A DNA stretch of 64,000 nucleotides from Magallana gigas (taxonomy: Eukaryota). Made by a program: the position numbers and the translations under genes. Shown here piece by piece: positions 37,701 through 51,800 of the stretch. Location of the stretch: assembly GCF_963853765.1 (NCBI RefSeq), contig NC_088860.1, positions 2,914,001-2,978,000 of the forward strand, written 5' to 3'. The notes below the pieces were generated by a model. It was given only the letters and a program-made list of their open reading frames with translations. It did no database searches and was not told the origin of the DNA. Position 1 is the stretch's first letter, and every line of letters begins with the position of its first letter.

Positions 37701-39623
37701 TAAAGACATTTCTGATGCACAAATGAAAAACATGGAGGGAGAAATATACTGTCCTTTATCAACAGTAAGTATACTCAGTAATGAGATATATTTATTTATG
37801 AAAGATAATGATCAATAAAATGAAGAAACAGACTTGAATACACTCAATATATAAAAATCATTCATAGTGCAGTTAGATTTAACTTTGTTTTGAAGGTGTC
37901 TCTTCAGATTGTGCCAACCATTGTTAAAACATTCAATTCACTTTCCAATTGTAAATCTGGTACATGTACCATGATACATGTATAATTCTTTTTAATGTTA
38001 TACATTTCTGTTATCATATAAACATTTCCGCTGGATTATAAATTCGTAAGGTACGGTAAACAGACAATTTCATCTCACTACATACATTTTACATGTTGAC
38101 TATTTTTTTTAATTACTGGTAATAGCTAAGGTATGTTATCTAAAAGTTGAATGAATTATAGAAACTTACTGTTTTGTTTTGTTTAGTGGACAGAGGACAG
38201 ACGGCTGGAGTTTGCCGTCACACCACGATCTAAAACCTCGTCCACCATCAGCGACCTGGCACGGCAGTATCGAGACATGGCGTCATCAGAGTGTGTGCCC
38301 ATATTACAGGAGGTGGGTATCCATCACAACTGAAAGCTCAAACTGAATACTCAAATAATCTACAGAATCAAGTCACAGTAGTTCTTAGTGATAAAAACTT
38401 GTTTAAACAAAACTGTTCACCATCTTTCATTTGCAACTTCACCTTGTGATTTCCCAAATGATGAACTGCTTAGCAGCAACTTTTTTTCATCATTGAGCTT
38501 ATTTTAATAATTTTAACATATTACCATACAAGATACATAATTGGTAATAAAGTATCTGGTGTTCATAGCAAGAAATATTTCTGGCAAACCTTGCAAAACT
38601 TTCTAGTAAGCAAACAGAATTCACTTTTTTTACCTTATGACCTTTATGAGGGAGGTGAAAGAATTTGCCTTTTTTTACCATTATCATTTTTTATCTTTAT
38701 ACATTTGTAAAGGAGGTGCTTGTTGCAATTTTTGTTAACTTTCATGGTTTTTTTTTCACCTTTAGACCTTTCTGAAGGAGGTGCTCCCTGAGTTCCTGGA
38801 CCTCAACTACGTGGCTGAGCCTGCAGTGGTCCAGTACACACGCAGATGTGTGGAGGTCACATGGTACATGTGCATGCAGTCCAAACCCATGCACCTTGTT
38901 ACCAAGGTTATACGGAAATCAACCTTTGACACCAACCTCTTCAGCTACTACACCATCGCAGGAGACAAATTTGACTTTGTGGTGTGGCCTGCAGTTGTTC
39001 AAGGTGAAAATGAGAGAATCGTTGCCAAAGGAGTCGCACAAGCGATGGACAATAACCGATCTCACTCCAGCCTGAAGACCTCTATCCAGTCTCAAAGAAT
39101 GGAGAAGACTCCACCCACGCAGGACAATGCCTCAGCCAGGAAGGGGCCGATCTCTCCCGCAGGGTCCCTCATCAACCAGGGCCTAAAGGGAACCCCCTGG
39201 GGGTCACAATATCTGGGCTCCAACAGAGGAACCCCTTCTGTGGACCTCCCCCCAACACCTACTGAAGACCCTCCCCCTTCAAGTTCACAGGGGGTCAAGA
39301 AAACAACACCATCAAGAGTTAGTTTGATTGATAAAGACCCCAAAGAGCCTGCGAAATCAAGGCAAGAGAAGGCCAGAACGACCCCCCTCAACCAGGACCC
39401 CCAGCCTAGTAAGAGTCGGAGGACATCAGTGGACAAACAAGGAGGATCAACAGAGGGGAACCCAAAGAGTCCCCAGGCTGTACCGGACAGCACCGTCCCC
39501 CAGTCTGTCAGGGGACCCACCCACAGGGACACCCGATACAGTCCACCCATGGAGACAGCCTCACTGACCACTGCCTGGAAGGAGTCCCGAGCCCAGCCAG
39601 TCAGCCGGCCCAGCAAGGCCTAG
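34758..39623 (+). CDS. MIEAP (mitochondria-eating protein/SPATA18) C-terminal-domain protein with coiled coil and a Ser/Pro/Thr-rich tail (about 516 aa)
   Basis: Exons 34758-34764 (ATGGCAG), 35554-35669, 36747-36949, 37052-37211, 37684-37764, 38187-38312 and 38766-39623, GT-AG and in frame. The segments YSRLFADQWLQAY and CVEVTWYMCMQSKPM..YYTIAGDKFDFVVWPAV..IVAKGVAQ resemble the MIEAP domain. The 7-nt first exon is the least certain. Confidence 0.75.
37300..37522. mobile_element. Intronic MITE with TACTGTA..TACAGTA ends
   Basis: Terminal inverted repeats tactgtatatccgg and ccagatatacagta. Confidence 0.65.
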
Positions 39624-40369
39624 AGAAGGCCCAGCAAGGTGTAGCACACTCCTCCAGGATTCCATGGACAAAAAACAATCAAGCTTATGGGGAAGACAAG
39701 AGAACAAGAATATGTGCGTGCATTTTTGCTCTTCTTAGCAACTTCTGGACATTGACAAATGTGAATAAACCATATTGTGTATTTGAGCACACTGTGAACA
39801 ATTGGAGGAGTTCAGAGGGGGTATTCAATGCTCATATTTGATATGGATTAAATTGATTAATGTCAGAATGAATTCAGGGGTTGTGATAATAACTACATGT
39901 TGATTTAATTTGATTGATGCAGTAGTTGCTATAAAGGAACTGGAAATGGTTTAATTTACATCCCTTACTTTTGTATTTATGTACTCAATATGTTATAGTT
40001 TCAAAACATAAAAATTACATTTATTAATCAAATACAAAGGGCATACTCTGGCCTTAGCTTATTGAAAGTTGTTGTTGAAGTGCAACTTCTAATAACTTCG
40101 TGTATTAATAGGATCATTGGCCACAACTTTACATATCCCTGAAACTATGATTTTTACTTATTCCACAAAAATTCATGCCCATGAATATTCATGAAACCAG
40201 AGCACCAGTAAATGTGATGTTCAGTTGAATCGCATGCAAGGTACAGCTGCTGTGTTGACCAATCCATTTTATACTATACATTTATGCATTTGTTTCATCA
40301 GTATTATATCATGTTATTTTTCATGCATTAAATTTTTTATCATTTTGAAGTTTTTTATATATATATATG

Positions 40370-40680
40370 ACCTGTCCTCGCCATCATCAACATTTTAAAA
40401 TTACTCACCTCAGTCCTCAACTCAAATCATTAAAAGAACAGTGCATCAATTTGAGGTAAAATCTCAGAATTGAGGCTGAGAATTTATATGAGGAAAGTTG
40501 ATGACAACGGAGCCTGGTCCCACCATCACCAAAATGTTCAAATCGCTCAAGTTAGTTCTCAACTCAAATCCTTAAAAGAAAAGTGCATAAATTTGAGGAC
40601 AATACTCAGACTTGAGGCTGAGAAATGACTTGAGGAAAGTTGGTGACGCTGGGGCCTGAATTAGCTCCCTGAGGGGCTCA
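40370..40680. repeat. Two diverged copies of a roughly 140-bp unit (satellite/Helentron relic)
   Basis: ctcaactcaaatc.ttaaaagaa.agtgcat.aatttgagg..tgaggctgagaa..tgaggaaagttg occurs near 40418 and 40558. Confidence 0.6.
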
Positions 40681-42865
40681 GAATAGCACGAGTACGGTAA
40701 CCAGCGTGGATAAAACACAAAAGCATTACCCTAATTCAACACAAGCTTTTATATGTTGAAAATCAGCATCTCATCTTTCATTAAGCCTTAAAATTGAGTA
40801 ACAAAAGGACCTGAGCATGCAAGTGCTGAGAAATATTAAGTTAGTGAAAAAATCAATACCGGTATATAAGAGTCAAAAGCAGACCCCATTTGCACCAGAA
40901 ACTCCATAATTAAGAAATCTGAGAATTGTTCCCAGGAAATTTTTTTTTAAGGTTGAATTAAATTTAAGATGATCTTTCCTCTCCCTCATTCATAATAATA
41001 AAAAATAGGCACCCTGTGTGGTAGTCCGATAAATATTTCTTTTTAATATGATTTGATATCAGATTTGTGTGGGTGTTGAAAAATACGCTATTCTTGAATG
41101 ACCAATTACATTTAATTCATCAGAGAAAAATGCCCTGTTTTTCAACAGCATATTTTTCCATAAATTACATAAGTCATTAGCCCTTGCACAAGATGCTCAT
41201 CTTTCACACATTCTGGGCCAAAGTTTTTACGATTGATTTGTCCTGTTAGAACTTATTGAAGCTCGTCCCTTTCATCCAAGCAATCCTAATTCCATCCATT
41301 CAAATCTTTCCTTACTCTGGGCATGATTATTGTCATAACAGAATTAAACACACATAAATATTTAAAAGTTTTAATTGTAACAACCTTTAAAATGCATCAG
41401 CAAATGATACAATGATAATACAAAACAAGAGACATGTGTCTTGCTAAACAGCTCACATGATGCAAACAGAAAGAAAAGGTCTTTATAATACAAGTGTACA
41501 TGTATTGGTTGCAAGAACATTTAATTCACCCATCAAACAGAGGTCTTGGAATTTTTTTTTAAATGAAGGTCACACTGTACATTAGGGATCAGGGATTTGG
41601 CTATTCTCAGGGTTTTGTGTTGTTCAAGAATACCTATATACAAAACACTTGTCACGTTAAGAAATGCATCAACGAGTCATACCTTTTGACGATGTAATGT
41701 CACTTGTAAATTAAAATTCCCTGTACTGATTGTGACAATGATGATTAATATGAAATTTAAATGCCGTGTCTAGTGTATAGACATACATATAATAATTCTA
41801 TCTGATCTGTAGCCTATTTCTGCTTCAATATGTGCTTTATTTCTTTGACACTGTGATATATGGAGAAAACCCCCACCATATTGCGGAGCTACAATAGAAC
41901 AGGACCCTGACAGAATTCTAGACTACAATTACGGCCCAGTTCTCAATAAATAATCAAAATGCATAAAAACATGAAACTAATCCACATCCATGATAATGAA
42001 ATATCACCAGCAGAAGATTGTTGTCCTCAATTGATATTCCTTTTCTTATTTATCAATCAAAGCTACAAATCAACTTACAATTAAATACAAAGGCAAGCTA
42101 CTGTCTGGTAAGGTGTATACAAAGATCGAGACAGAGTGGTTTCTCCTTTTTGGTTGGGTATAGTTACGGAAAGGCAGGAAGAGAAAATAAGACCAAGTTC
42201 TTTCTGTACAATTTTTAAACAGTAAATACCGGTACAGTTCCTGTTTGCATAAGGTCCAATGTTCTGGGTAATTAAATTGGTTTGGTTAATTTCTTAGCTA
42301 AGTTAGATAACTCCTGTTAACATGGAAATTAATTTTTAATGTGTGTGTGTATGCTGGGGGGGGGGGGGGGGGGGGGTGATTTTTACTTAATACACGACCA
42401 AAAAGTATGGCATGAATAATATGAATAATCACCTCCTCCAACTGTCCTGTGCATAACAGTTTGGACCAATCTGCCACTAGCCAAAGCATCACCAATTTAC
42501 ATGTATTTTTTTCCCCTATTAAATGAATTCCCCAGATTAACAGTCCATGAAGCCATCCCCATTTACTCTAAATAAAACCAGCAAACAGTCAGCTCTAAGC
42601 AGAGATAATTAGTTCCAAGAACAAAACAAGATATATCGACATTTCACATAAAAACGCTGTAAAAAAAAAATAACATTCATGGACAGTTTTAATCTTTAAC
42701 CAGTATATTGTATTGATCTAAGTGTAATATTTTCAACTCTTGGGCTACATCATGTGATGTCAATAGAAGTTCACTCATCATTCAGTGTTTGGTGACTATG
42801 ATTGCCACTGTCTGCCACAAGGTCCTACATCCTCTACACTGTCCTTGACTTACAGTAGCGTTCGA

Positions 42866-45800
42866 TCACATGGCGCTAGAGAAGCGAGACGTCTGGAACA
42901 CGACCTCCTCCTGATAGTCTTTGATGACCCGCTGCGCCTGGCGGATGTATTGCTGTTGTTTGTAGTAGATCTTGATGGCTCCTTTGAATGCGATGAAGGC
43001 AATTCCTCCCTACAGAAAGTTTCAGACTTTTTAAATATCTGAAGTTTGAACCAGGTATAAAATATCTAACCAATTGAAAGTACCTCTACCCCCCGAATTG
43101 GCAAAAATACTGTATAACGGGTTTTTTCTGTGGCTCAAAATTTTTGCGTTCAGACCCTAGAGGTATCAAATTATATTCTGCATTTCTAATTTCTGCAATT
43201 ACATTAGACCGCAAAAAATAAACAAAACAAGAGATGTTTGTGAAACACTTATGCCCCCCCCCCCCCTCCCTTGGAAACATCCATGAAGAAAATGAACGGA
43301 AACTGCAACTGAAATTTTTCTAAGTCAAAGGGGCATAACTCTCTCGAAAATTGCTCGAACGAACTTGACCTAGATATTATTATAACAAATGTGTATATCA
43401 CATTTCATTTCAATAAGTGCAACCTCTGCAAAGAAAATAAATAGAAACTGCAAATGAGTGGAATTTTACTAAGACTAAGTCCAAGGGGCATAACTCTGTC
43501 GAAAATTGCTTGATCTTACCCAAAATCGAACTTAACCTAAATATTATCATGATAAATTTGTATACCAAATTTCATTTCAATATGTTTTGCCTCTAAAATA
43601 TCTATATCATTTTTTTATGGTTTTATTTAATTCAATATTGACTATACTAAAGGCTTGCTGCAGTTTTTTTAAACTGCTTTCAACTCTTTTATATACTTAG
43701 ATCATTTCCTAAAATACCAGTAAATAAGATTTTAAAAAACTAGGTCACTTATGAATATAACTAGTACAAGAGTTAGACACAGATTTTATTTCTTTATAAA
43801 TCTACCGTGTTTTTCCTAACCGTAATTGACTTTAACTACTTTGTGGTTCAATTCATCAGCAATCATAAACAAGAAATTGCTCTTTAGTGACAAGAAAATA
43901 CTTTATGTGCCCATTGGAAATACATCCTGTTCTCAATCTAATTCTGAATTGATACTGTTCAATTTTTTTTGTAAATGCTCATTCATGTGAGTTCACATGA
44001 GTATGAACAACATTTCATGGTCTACAGAATGTCATGGTTTATGTTATAGGAAAATCCTTGACAATGTATGTTTGGTACATGTATTGCTAACTCTCAAAAA
44101 AATGAAGAGCTGTAAAAAACAGTTTCCACTTACACATTTTGAAAAATTCACACTAACATCTAAGTCAATTACTGTTACGATAGTTTCTTATTTAACGCGA
44201 GTACTTAATTCCATGTTTCTGCTGTTTTGTATCAAATCGTGAGAATATAAAATCATGAGCACCAATTTTCTGTTATTATTTCATACAGTTCAAAGCTGTC
44301 TGAGATATAATAGCCAGATTTTAAAATCTGTGAGGGTTGCTTCTCGCAATTTTACGCAAATATTATTTCCTCACGGTAAACATAGGTAATCATAGATTAC
44401 TAAGCTCACCGAGACGGAGCATCACCATTATGAGACATCACCTTCATAAGACCACCTTTATCATTTTATATGAAAATCATACTTTATGATCTTGGATATT
44501 CATGGATTCTGTTTTGACAAAATATCGTATATCATCTGATAAAATTTTTTTATGATAATCATATGTTCATATGTTAATCAATACAATGATATAAAATTAA
44601 ATATTGTATCATGTCATATTTATAATAAATATCATATAAAACAATAAAATACCGTAATAAACAATAATGAGATATGATATTGTAATGTATGATATGACAT
44701 TGCATTGTGTTATACCTTATTGTATTTGATCACATAATACAATATCATAAAATATAATACAATATAGTATTATATTACAATATCATATTACATAATACAT
44801 CATAACATTGAAACATATTATATTGTATAATATAGTATGATATTGTATTGAATGAAACTGAAACATATTTGATACATTATATGATATTATATCATATAAT
44901 ACAATATAATTTGATTCCAACATTGTATCTTATCAAATGATACAATATTATGTGATAAAGCAAAATATTATAAAATACATTATTATATTATACATATTGT
45001 ATCATATGACACAATAATATATATTACAATATCATATAATACAATTTCATGTGATAAGATAATATATCATATAAACCAATATCATATCATACAATATCGT
45101 ATGATACAATATTATATAATATTACAATATCATATAATACAATTTCATGTGATATAATTCTATATTACTGAAACCAATATCATATTATACAATATTGTAT
45201 GATACTGTACAATATTATAGAATATACAATATTGTATCATAGGATACAATATAATATTTTGCAATATCTTATGTAATTGTATCATGTGATAAAATAATAA
45301 ATTAAAAATACAATATAATATTATACAATATTGTATCATACTATACAATACTATACATAACAGTATCATGATACAATATCATATCATAAAATATCCAAAA
45401 AATTGATACAATATCATATCGTATTGTATAACTTTTTATAATATAACATATGATATCATATTGTATCATATCAAACAATATTGTTTCATATCATACAATA
45501 CTATATCATAGGAATCATGTTATATCATTTATCAACAAACACATCTATCTATCGAGCTGGTTTGAGTGAGGTAGGAGATTTCTTTAGCATCCTTGATAAT
45601 GGAGATCAGGCTCTGCATATAAAGCAACCTCTGCATTTAATTTATAATAAAGTTAAATCAACTATGCAAGCTATCATCTATAAAACATGTGACCTGTTCC
45701 AAAAAACTAAACCTCATCCAGCATCCGAAACCTATGGCTCAGATTCAGCATTCAAGCCCATCAGGTGCATTGGTATCATAACACGCATTATCCATGCAAG

Positions 45801-48800
45801 TTTGGTGAAGTTTGGACCAGTAATAACTAAGATATCATCATCAGAGGGCACTAGCAATTAAAACCTTAACTTCCTCCAGCATCCGCAACCTATGGCTCAG
45901 ATTCAGCATCCATGCCTGTCAGGTGCATCTGTATCATAAGACACACCATCCATTCAAGTTTGGTGAAGTTAGGACCTGTAATAACTAAGATTTATTTTTT
46001 AGCATCCTTGATAATGGAGATCAAGCTCTGCATCTGAAGCTACCTCTGCGATTCATTCATATTACAGTTAAATCAACTATGCAAGTTTGATATAGTACTA
46101 TCATCTATTAAACATGTGACCTGTTCCTAAAAACTTAACTTTATCCAGCATCCGAAACCAGACTCAGCATTCAAGCCTGTCAGGTGCATCAGTATCATAA
46201 GACACACCATCCATGGAAATCTGGTGAAGTAAGGACAAGTAATAACTAAGATATCATCATCAGAGGGCACCTGTTTCAAAAACTTTATTTAACCAGCTCT
46301 TAAAACCTTAACCTCCTCCAGCATCCGAAACCTATTGCTCAGATTCAGCATTCAAGCTTGTCAGGTGCATCAGTATCATAAGACGCACCATCCATACAAG
46401 TTTGGTGAAGTAAGAACCAGTAGTAACTAAGATATAATCATCAGAGGGCACCTGCAACAAAAACTTTAACCAGCTCTAAAAACCTTAACCTCTTCCAGCA
46501 TCCGAAACCTATTGCTCAGATTCAGCATTCAAGCTTGTCAGGTGCATCAGTATCATAAGACGCATCATCCATACAAGTTTGGTGAAGTTAGGACCAGTAG
46601 TAACTTAGATATTGCTATCAAAGGGCACCCACAACAAAAACTTTAACCTGCTCCAAAAACCTTAACCTCCTCCAGCATCCGAAACCTATAGCTCAGATTC
46701 AGCACTCAAGCCTGTCTGGTGCATCAGTATCATAAGGCACACCATCCATGCAAGTTTGGTGATGTACGGACCAGCAGTAACTAAGATATTGCTATCAAAG
46801 GGCACCTGCAACAAAAACTTTAACCTGGTCCAACAACCTTAACCTCCTCCAGCATCTGAAATTTAGGACCCAGATTCAGCATCCAAGTCTTTCAAGTCCA
46901 TAAGTAGGTCCAGATGCATCACCCATGCAAGTTTGGTGAAGATAGGACAAGTAATAGCTTAGATACAGGACCTGCAACAAAAACTTTAACCAGGTCTGGA
47001 CGCCGACGCCGACGCCGACGCCACCGCCGACGCCGAGGGTATAGCATAAGCTCTCCTTGACTTCGTCTCGGTGAGCTAATAAAAAATGAATCTACAGTAC
47101 ATTGTCTGATGAATTGTGTTTAAAAAGAATCAAAATTGCTCATCTTAATTAAGTGCTGCACTATAATCATATTTAACTATATTTAAGGTGGAATAACACA
47201 CCTGGAAAAAGTCACTTGAATTAACTGTAAATTATTTGATTATGTAAGATATAATGATAAATAAACTATACATATGTCAAAGAAGCGAAAAATTTGCAAA
47301 TTGGGGATAAAAAATGAATATCTAAAAACATCAATTCAGTAAAAAACAACAAAATAATATTAACAACAAAAGCCCCTGCGGAATTCGAACTCGGTAAGTA
47401 TGGATCACAAGCCCGACACTTAACCCGAGGTAAGTTATATGTTGCCGTCGATAAAATCCTTTTGATAAAACAAAATGTTGTTTCAATCAATTAACCATAT
47501 CGTTTAACCATATTTTAAATTAACTGTTGGGAGCAAATACTGTACACCAACTTCTTCATGAGAGCACCATCATCACCAGTAATTTTTGCCATAAACCAGT
47601 CATCAAATGTCACAGGTATTTACTTCCCAGAAAATCTACACATTTATCATGAAAGTTACTGGTAGTCGCCTCGAACCAATACATCTTCAATAAATCATAA
47701 AATAACGCCATCGTGAATACAGAGTGGATATCTAGTCAGAGAGGATTTATATAGGCAGTGCCTGCTATCCCATTCATTTATGTGATGCATAATAAAATAT
47801 TGTTTAAAATGAATTAAATCACGAGTACCGATAAAAGTTGGTTAACATTATGTGAATAACAAGGATCTCCTACCATCATGGACCGCTGGATATTGGAGCC
47901 CACGGATCGGAACAGAAGATTTCCACACAGGACTGCACAGCTAGGTAGAACCACAGCGCCGCAGACGATCCTGGTGGCTGACACAGGGTCGACCATGCGT
48001 GTCGTGTCTGCCGGTAACCTTGGTAATGATGACTGGTCTACAAGGGATGAGAAAGATTATTACCACTTCATTTGTTTATCTAAGTAAAAAAATTTCTGTC
48101 TTCATTGAATACATAGATCAGAAGACAAAAAGATTTTAAGATAGATCTACACTGAGATGGTTCTATGTTGAGATGGATCTATTTGAGATAGATCTATGTT
48201 AAAATGGATCTATAATGAGATTGATCTATATTGAGATGGATCTTTAATGAGATTGATCTATGTTGAGATGGATCTATTTGAGATAGATCTATGTTGAGAT
48301 GGATCTATAATGAGATTGATCTATGTTGAGATGGATCTATAATGAGATAGATCTATGTTGAGATAGATCTATAATGAGATGGATCTATGCTGAGATAGAT
48401 CTATGTCGAGATGGATCTATGTTGAGATAGAACTATGTTGATATGCATCTATGTTGAGATAGATCTATGTTGAGATAGATTTATAATGAGATTGATATAT
48501 GCTGAAATAGATCCATAATGAGATAGATCTATGTTGAGATGGATCTATTTGAAATAGATTTATGTCGAGATGGATCTATGTTGAGATAGAACTATGTTGA
48601 GATAGATCTATGTTGAGATGGATCTATGTTGAAATATATCTATAATGAGATGTATCAAAATGAGATGGATCTATTTGAGATAGATCAATGTTAAGATGGA
48701 TCTATAATAAGATTGATCTATGTTGAGATAGATCTATAATAAGGTTAATCTATGTTGAGATATATCTATAATGAGATTGACCTATGTTGAGATAGATCTA

Positions 48801-51800
48801 TAATGAGATGGATCTATGTTGAGATATATCTATAATGAGATTGACCTATGTTAAGATGGATTTATCATGAAATAGATCTATGTTAAGATGGATCTATAAT
48901 GAGATTGATCTATGTTGAGATAGATATATAATGAGATGGATCTATGTCGAGATGGATCAACATTGAGATCGATCTTTGTTGAGATGGATCTATAAAGAGA
49001 TGGATCTATGTTGAGATGGATCTATAATGAGATTGATCGAGATGGATCTGCGTTTAGATAGAACTGTGTTGAGATAGATCTATGTTGAGATGGATCTGTG
49101 TTGAGATAGATCTATACAGTAGATATTATGTTATATCAGTAGACTCTGAGTAAAATCATAAGTCAGTAAGCATTAAGAGAAATAAGAAAATACTGAGGTA
49201 TATCAGTAGATATTGAGATAGATCGGTAGACAGATAAGATAGATCAGTAGACAGATGAGATAGATCAGTACACAACTGAGATAGATCAGTAGATATTGAG
49301 TTCGAGCCGTAGACATATCTCTATAAGCATTAAGATAGATTTATAGACACTCTGATAGAGCAACAGACAATGAGATACATTAATACTTAGTAGATATTGA
49401 AATAGATCAATAAACATTGAGATAGATCAGAAGTATTGAGTCAAATCAGCGGTCATTGAGTTAGATCAGCAAATATTGGGATAAGAAAATTAACAGAAAA
49501 TTGACATTAAATTTGTTCAACAAGAGATCCATGGCCCCTATCGCTCACCTGAACAACAGTTCCTTGTAACATCCTATTTCATAGCATATGCTATTTCTAT
49601 TTTAAACTTTGAACTCTTTCTGGAGCCCCAGTATTGGTCAGTGTTTTAAGGTTGGCTTTAACAATTTAGAATCTACACAATCTTGCAAAGTAATCTCACA
49701 AACTGTAGCTTTGTAGTTCTCAAAAAGAAAATTTTTAAACATTTTCAATAATATATCATTATTTCTATGTTAAACTTTGAACCCCTCTTAGGGCAGCAGT
49801 ATTAGTCTGGTGGTCACAGCTTTATTGATTTATAGTCTACATTATTTAAGGATGCTTGCATAGTAATCTCACAAATTGAAGCATTGTAGCATCTTCTTGT
49901 TCTTGCATCTTCGCTAGCCAAGGGTTTTCAGTCCACTTTGCTCCCCATAAACCCTTGGCGGATTTCAAGCTCCGTTTTATGATTGGCTGCAGCTGCCAGT
50001 AGCTGATCCAATTGCAGTGCTTGTAAATATAAACTTTAAAAGAAAACACATGTGTGATCTTTGGTAAAACATTCCGTGCTTTTAACAGGTTGAGACAAGT
50101 TCTCGAGTACAGTGCCTCCCCAACGATGGTCTAACCAGATCGCTTTAAAAACCTATTTTTTTACTGGGATTGAACATAGTTCTACAAAGGACTAAGTGCG
50201 GTTTTATGCAATTTTTGCCCCCCAAAATCAAAGTTCTAGAAAGAGCTTTAAAATAAGGTGAACGATAGTTAAAATCATATTGGAAATAAAGGTGTAAAAG
50301 GTTATTACCACAGTGACGTCATAATGTAGAAATGACGTCATGAATATTGCTTTATTTTGATAAATTGATGTTTTGTGGCAAAATATGGGTGTTTTCCGAT
50401 GATTTTTCGACTGGGAAACATCGAGCGCAGGCTTGCTCAAGTACCATTTTATAGTATGATATGTATAACTATCTGAAGAAAAACATATGATAAAATCGCA
50501 CTTGAGCAGACCTGCGCTCTATATTTCCGAATGCAAAATATAGAGCAAAAATGAGAATATCTTCATTTGTTTGCAAATTTGCGGGAATTAGGTCATTTAG
50601 GTGATGTCATAGATAAACAGCGAGTGAGCAATGATGACTAAAATCAAGATTAAAGTTATAGGCATCCTCTTTACAATGATTTGTGAAGATTTCATTTTTA
50701 AACGATACTATTTAAAAATTGGTTGAAATCGGGGGCAGATATTTGACCATACCGCACATAGTCCTTTGTCAAGGCTCGTCTGATAGAATGGGAAGTAAAC
50801 ATGGCGAATGTAGAAGTTGCCTATCCCTTTAGTATATGCATTCCTGCTTATGGTTATTGCTTTTAAAGGTTCAATGAGCTCTGTTTTATTTAATTTCTTT
50901 GGTCCGCAATATTCACGACAACGATACCTGGTTTTATGGCATGAAAGCTTTCATATAGCCTAAATCGGCGACTTTTTCACTCCCAGTACAGGTCCTTACA
51001 AAACACCATGAATAAAACATTCCGTGCTTTCCCTAGGTTATAACTTAATTCGTATTTATTCGTATTCGTATTTAATAGCATCGTTAATTATGTTCCGATA
51101 TTTGGTAGTCAACATGTTTTCAAGTTGTATTAAATAATACCATACTGTGTATATAACCCTTTGTTTAAATTGATTAAAATGTAAATATGCAAGGGGCGCA
51201 ACTCAAATTGCTTGCTAGATAGTGCCACCACATCACCGAGTTTTCGTAATGAAATCCACCAAGGGTTTATGGGGAGCAAAGTTGACCGAAAACCTTGGCT
51301 AGCGAAGATGAGTTCTTGAGAAGATTTTTAAGCATTTTTTCTATGTATATAAAACCCCATATATATATTGAACCCCACCTCGGGCCCCATTTTTGTCCAG
51401 AGGCCACAATTTTTTCACTAAATTTACAAGTTTTTGTGTAAACAATGGCATTTCTGGTGCAGTGGTTCTTGAGAAGAAAATTTTTAAACATTTTTCATAT
51501 GTAATTCTATGTTAAACTTTGAACTGTGCCTAGGGCCCCAGTTTTCGTCCAAGGGTCACAATTTTTACAACTTAGAATGTTCACTACATATACAAGCTTT
51601 TGTGTAAATATTAGCATTTCTGGTCGAGTGGTTCTGGAGAAAAAGATTTTCAAAGACACACACCCTATATTCACTATTTCCAATTAAAAAGGGTTATACC
51701 CTTTATATCAACAATTTAAAATCCCCTTTTCATAATGATGCTTTGTATTAAGATTGGTTATATTTGGAAGTCAAAAATGTGAAAAGTTTACAGACAGATG

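Noticed and set aside
45700-46990. Retrozyme/hammerhead ribozyme in the 177-bp tandem units
   Set aside because: GAAAC occurs, but no correctly placed CTGANGA core with flanking stems was found by eye on either strand.
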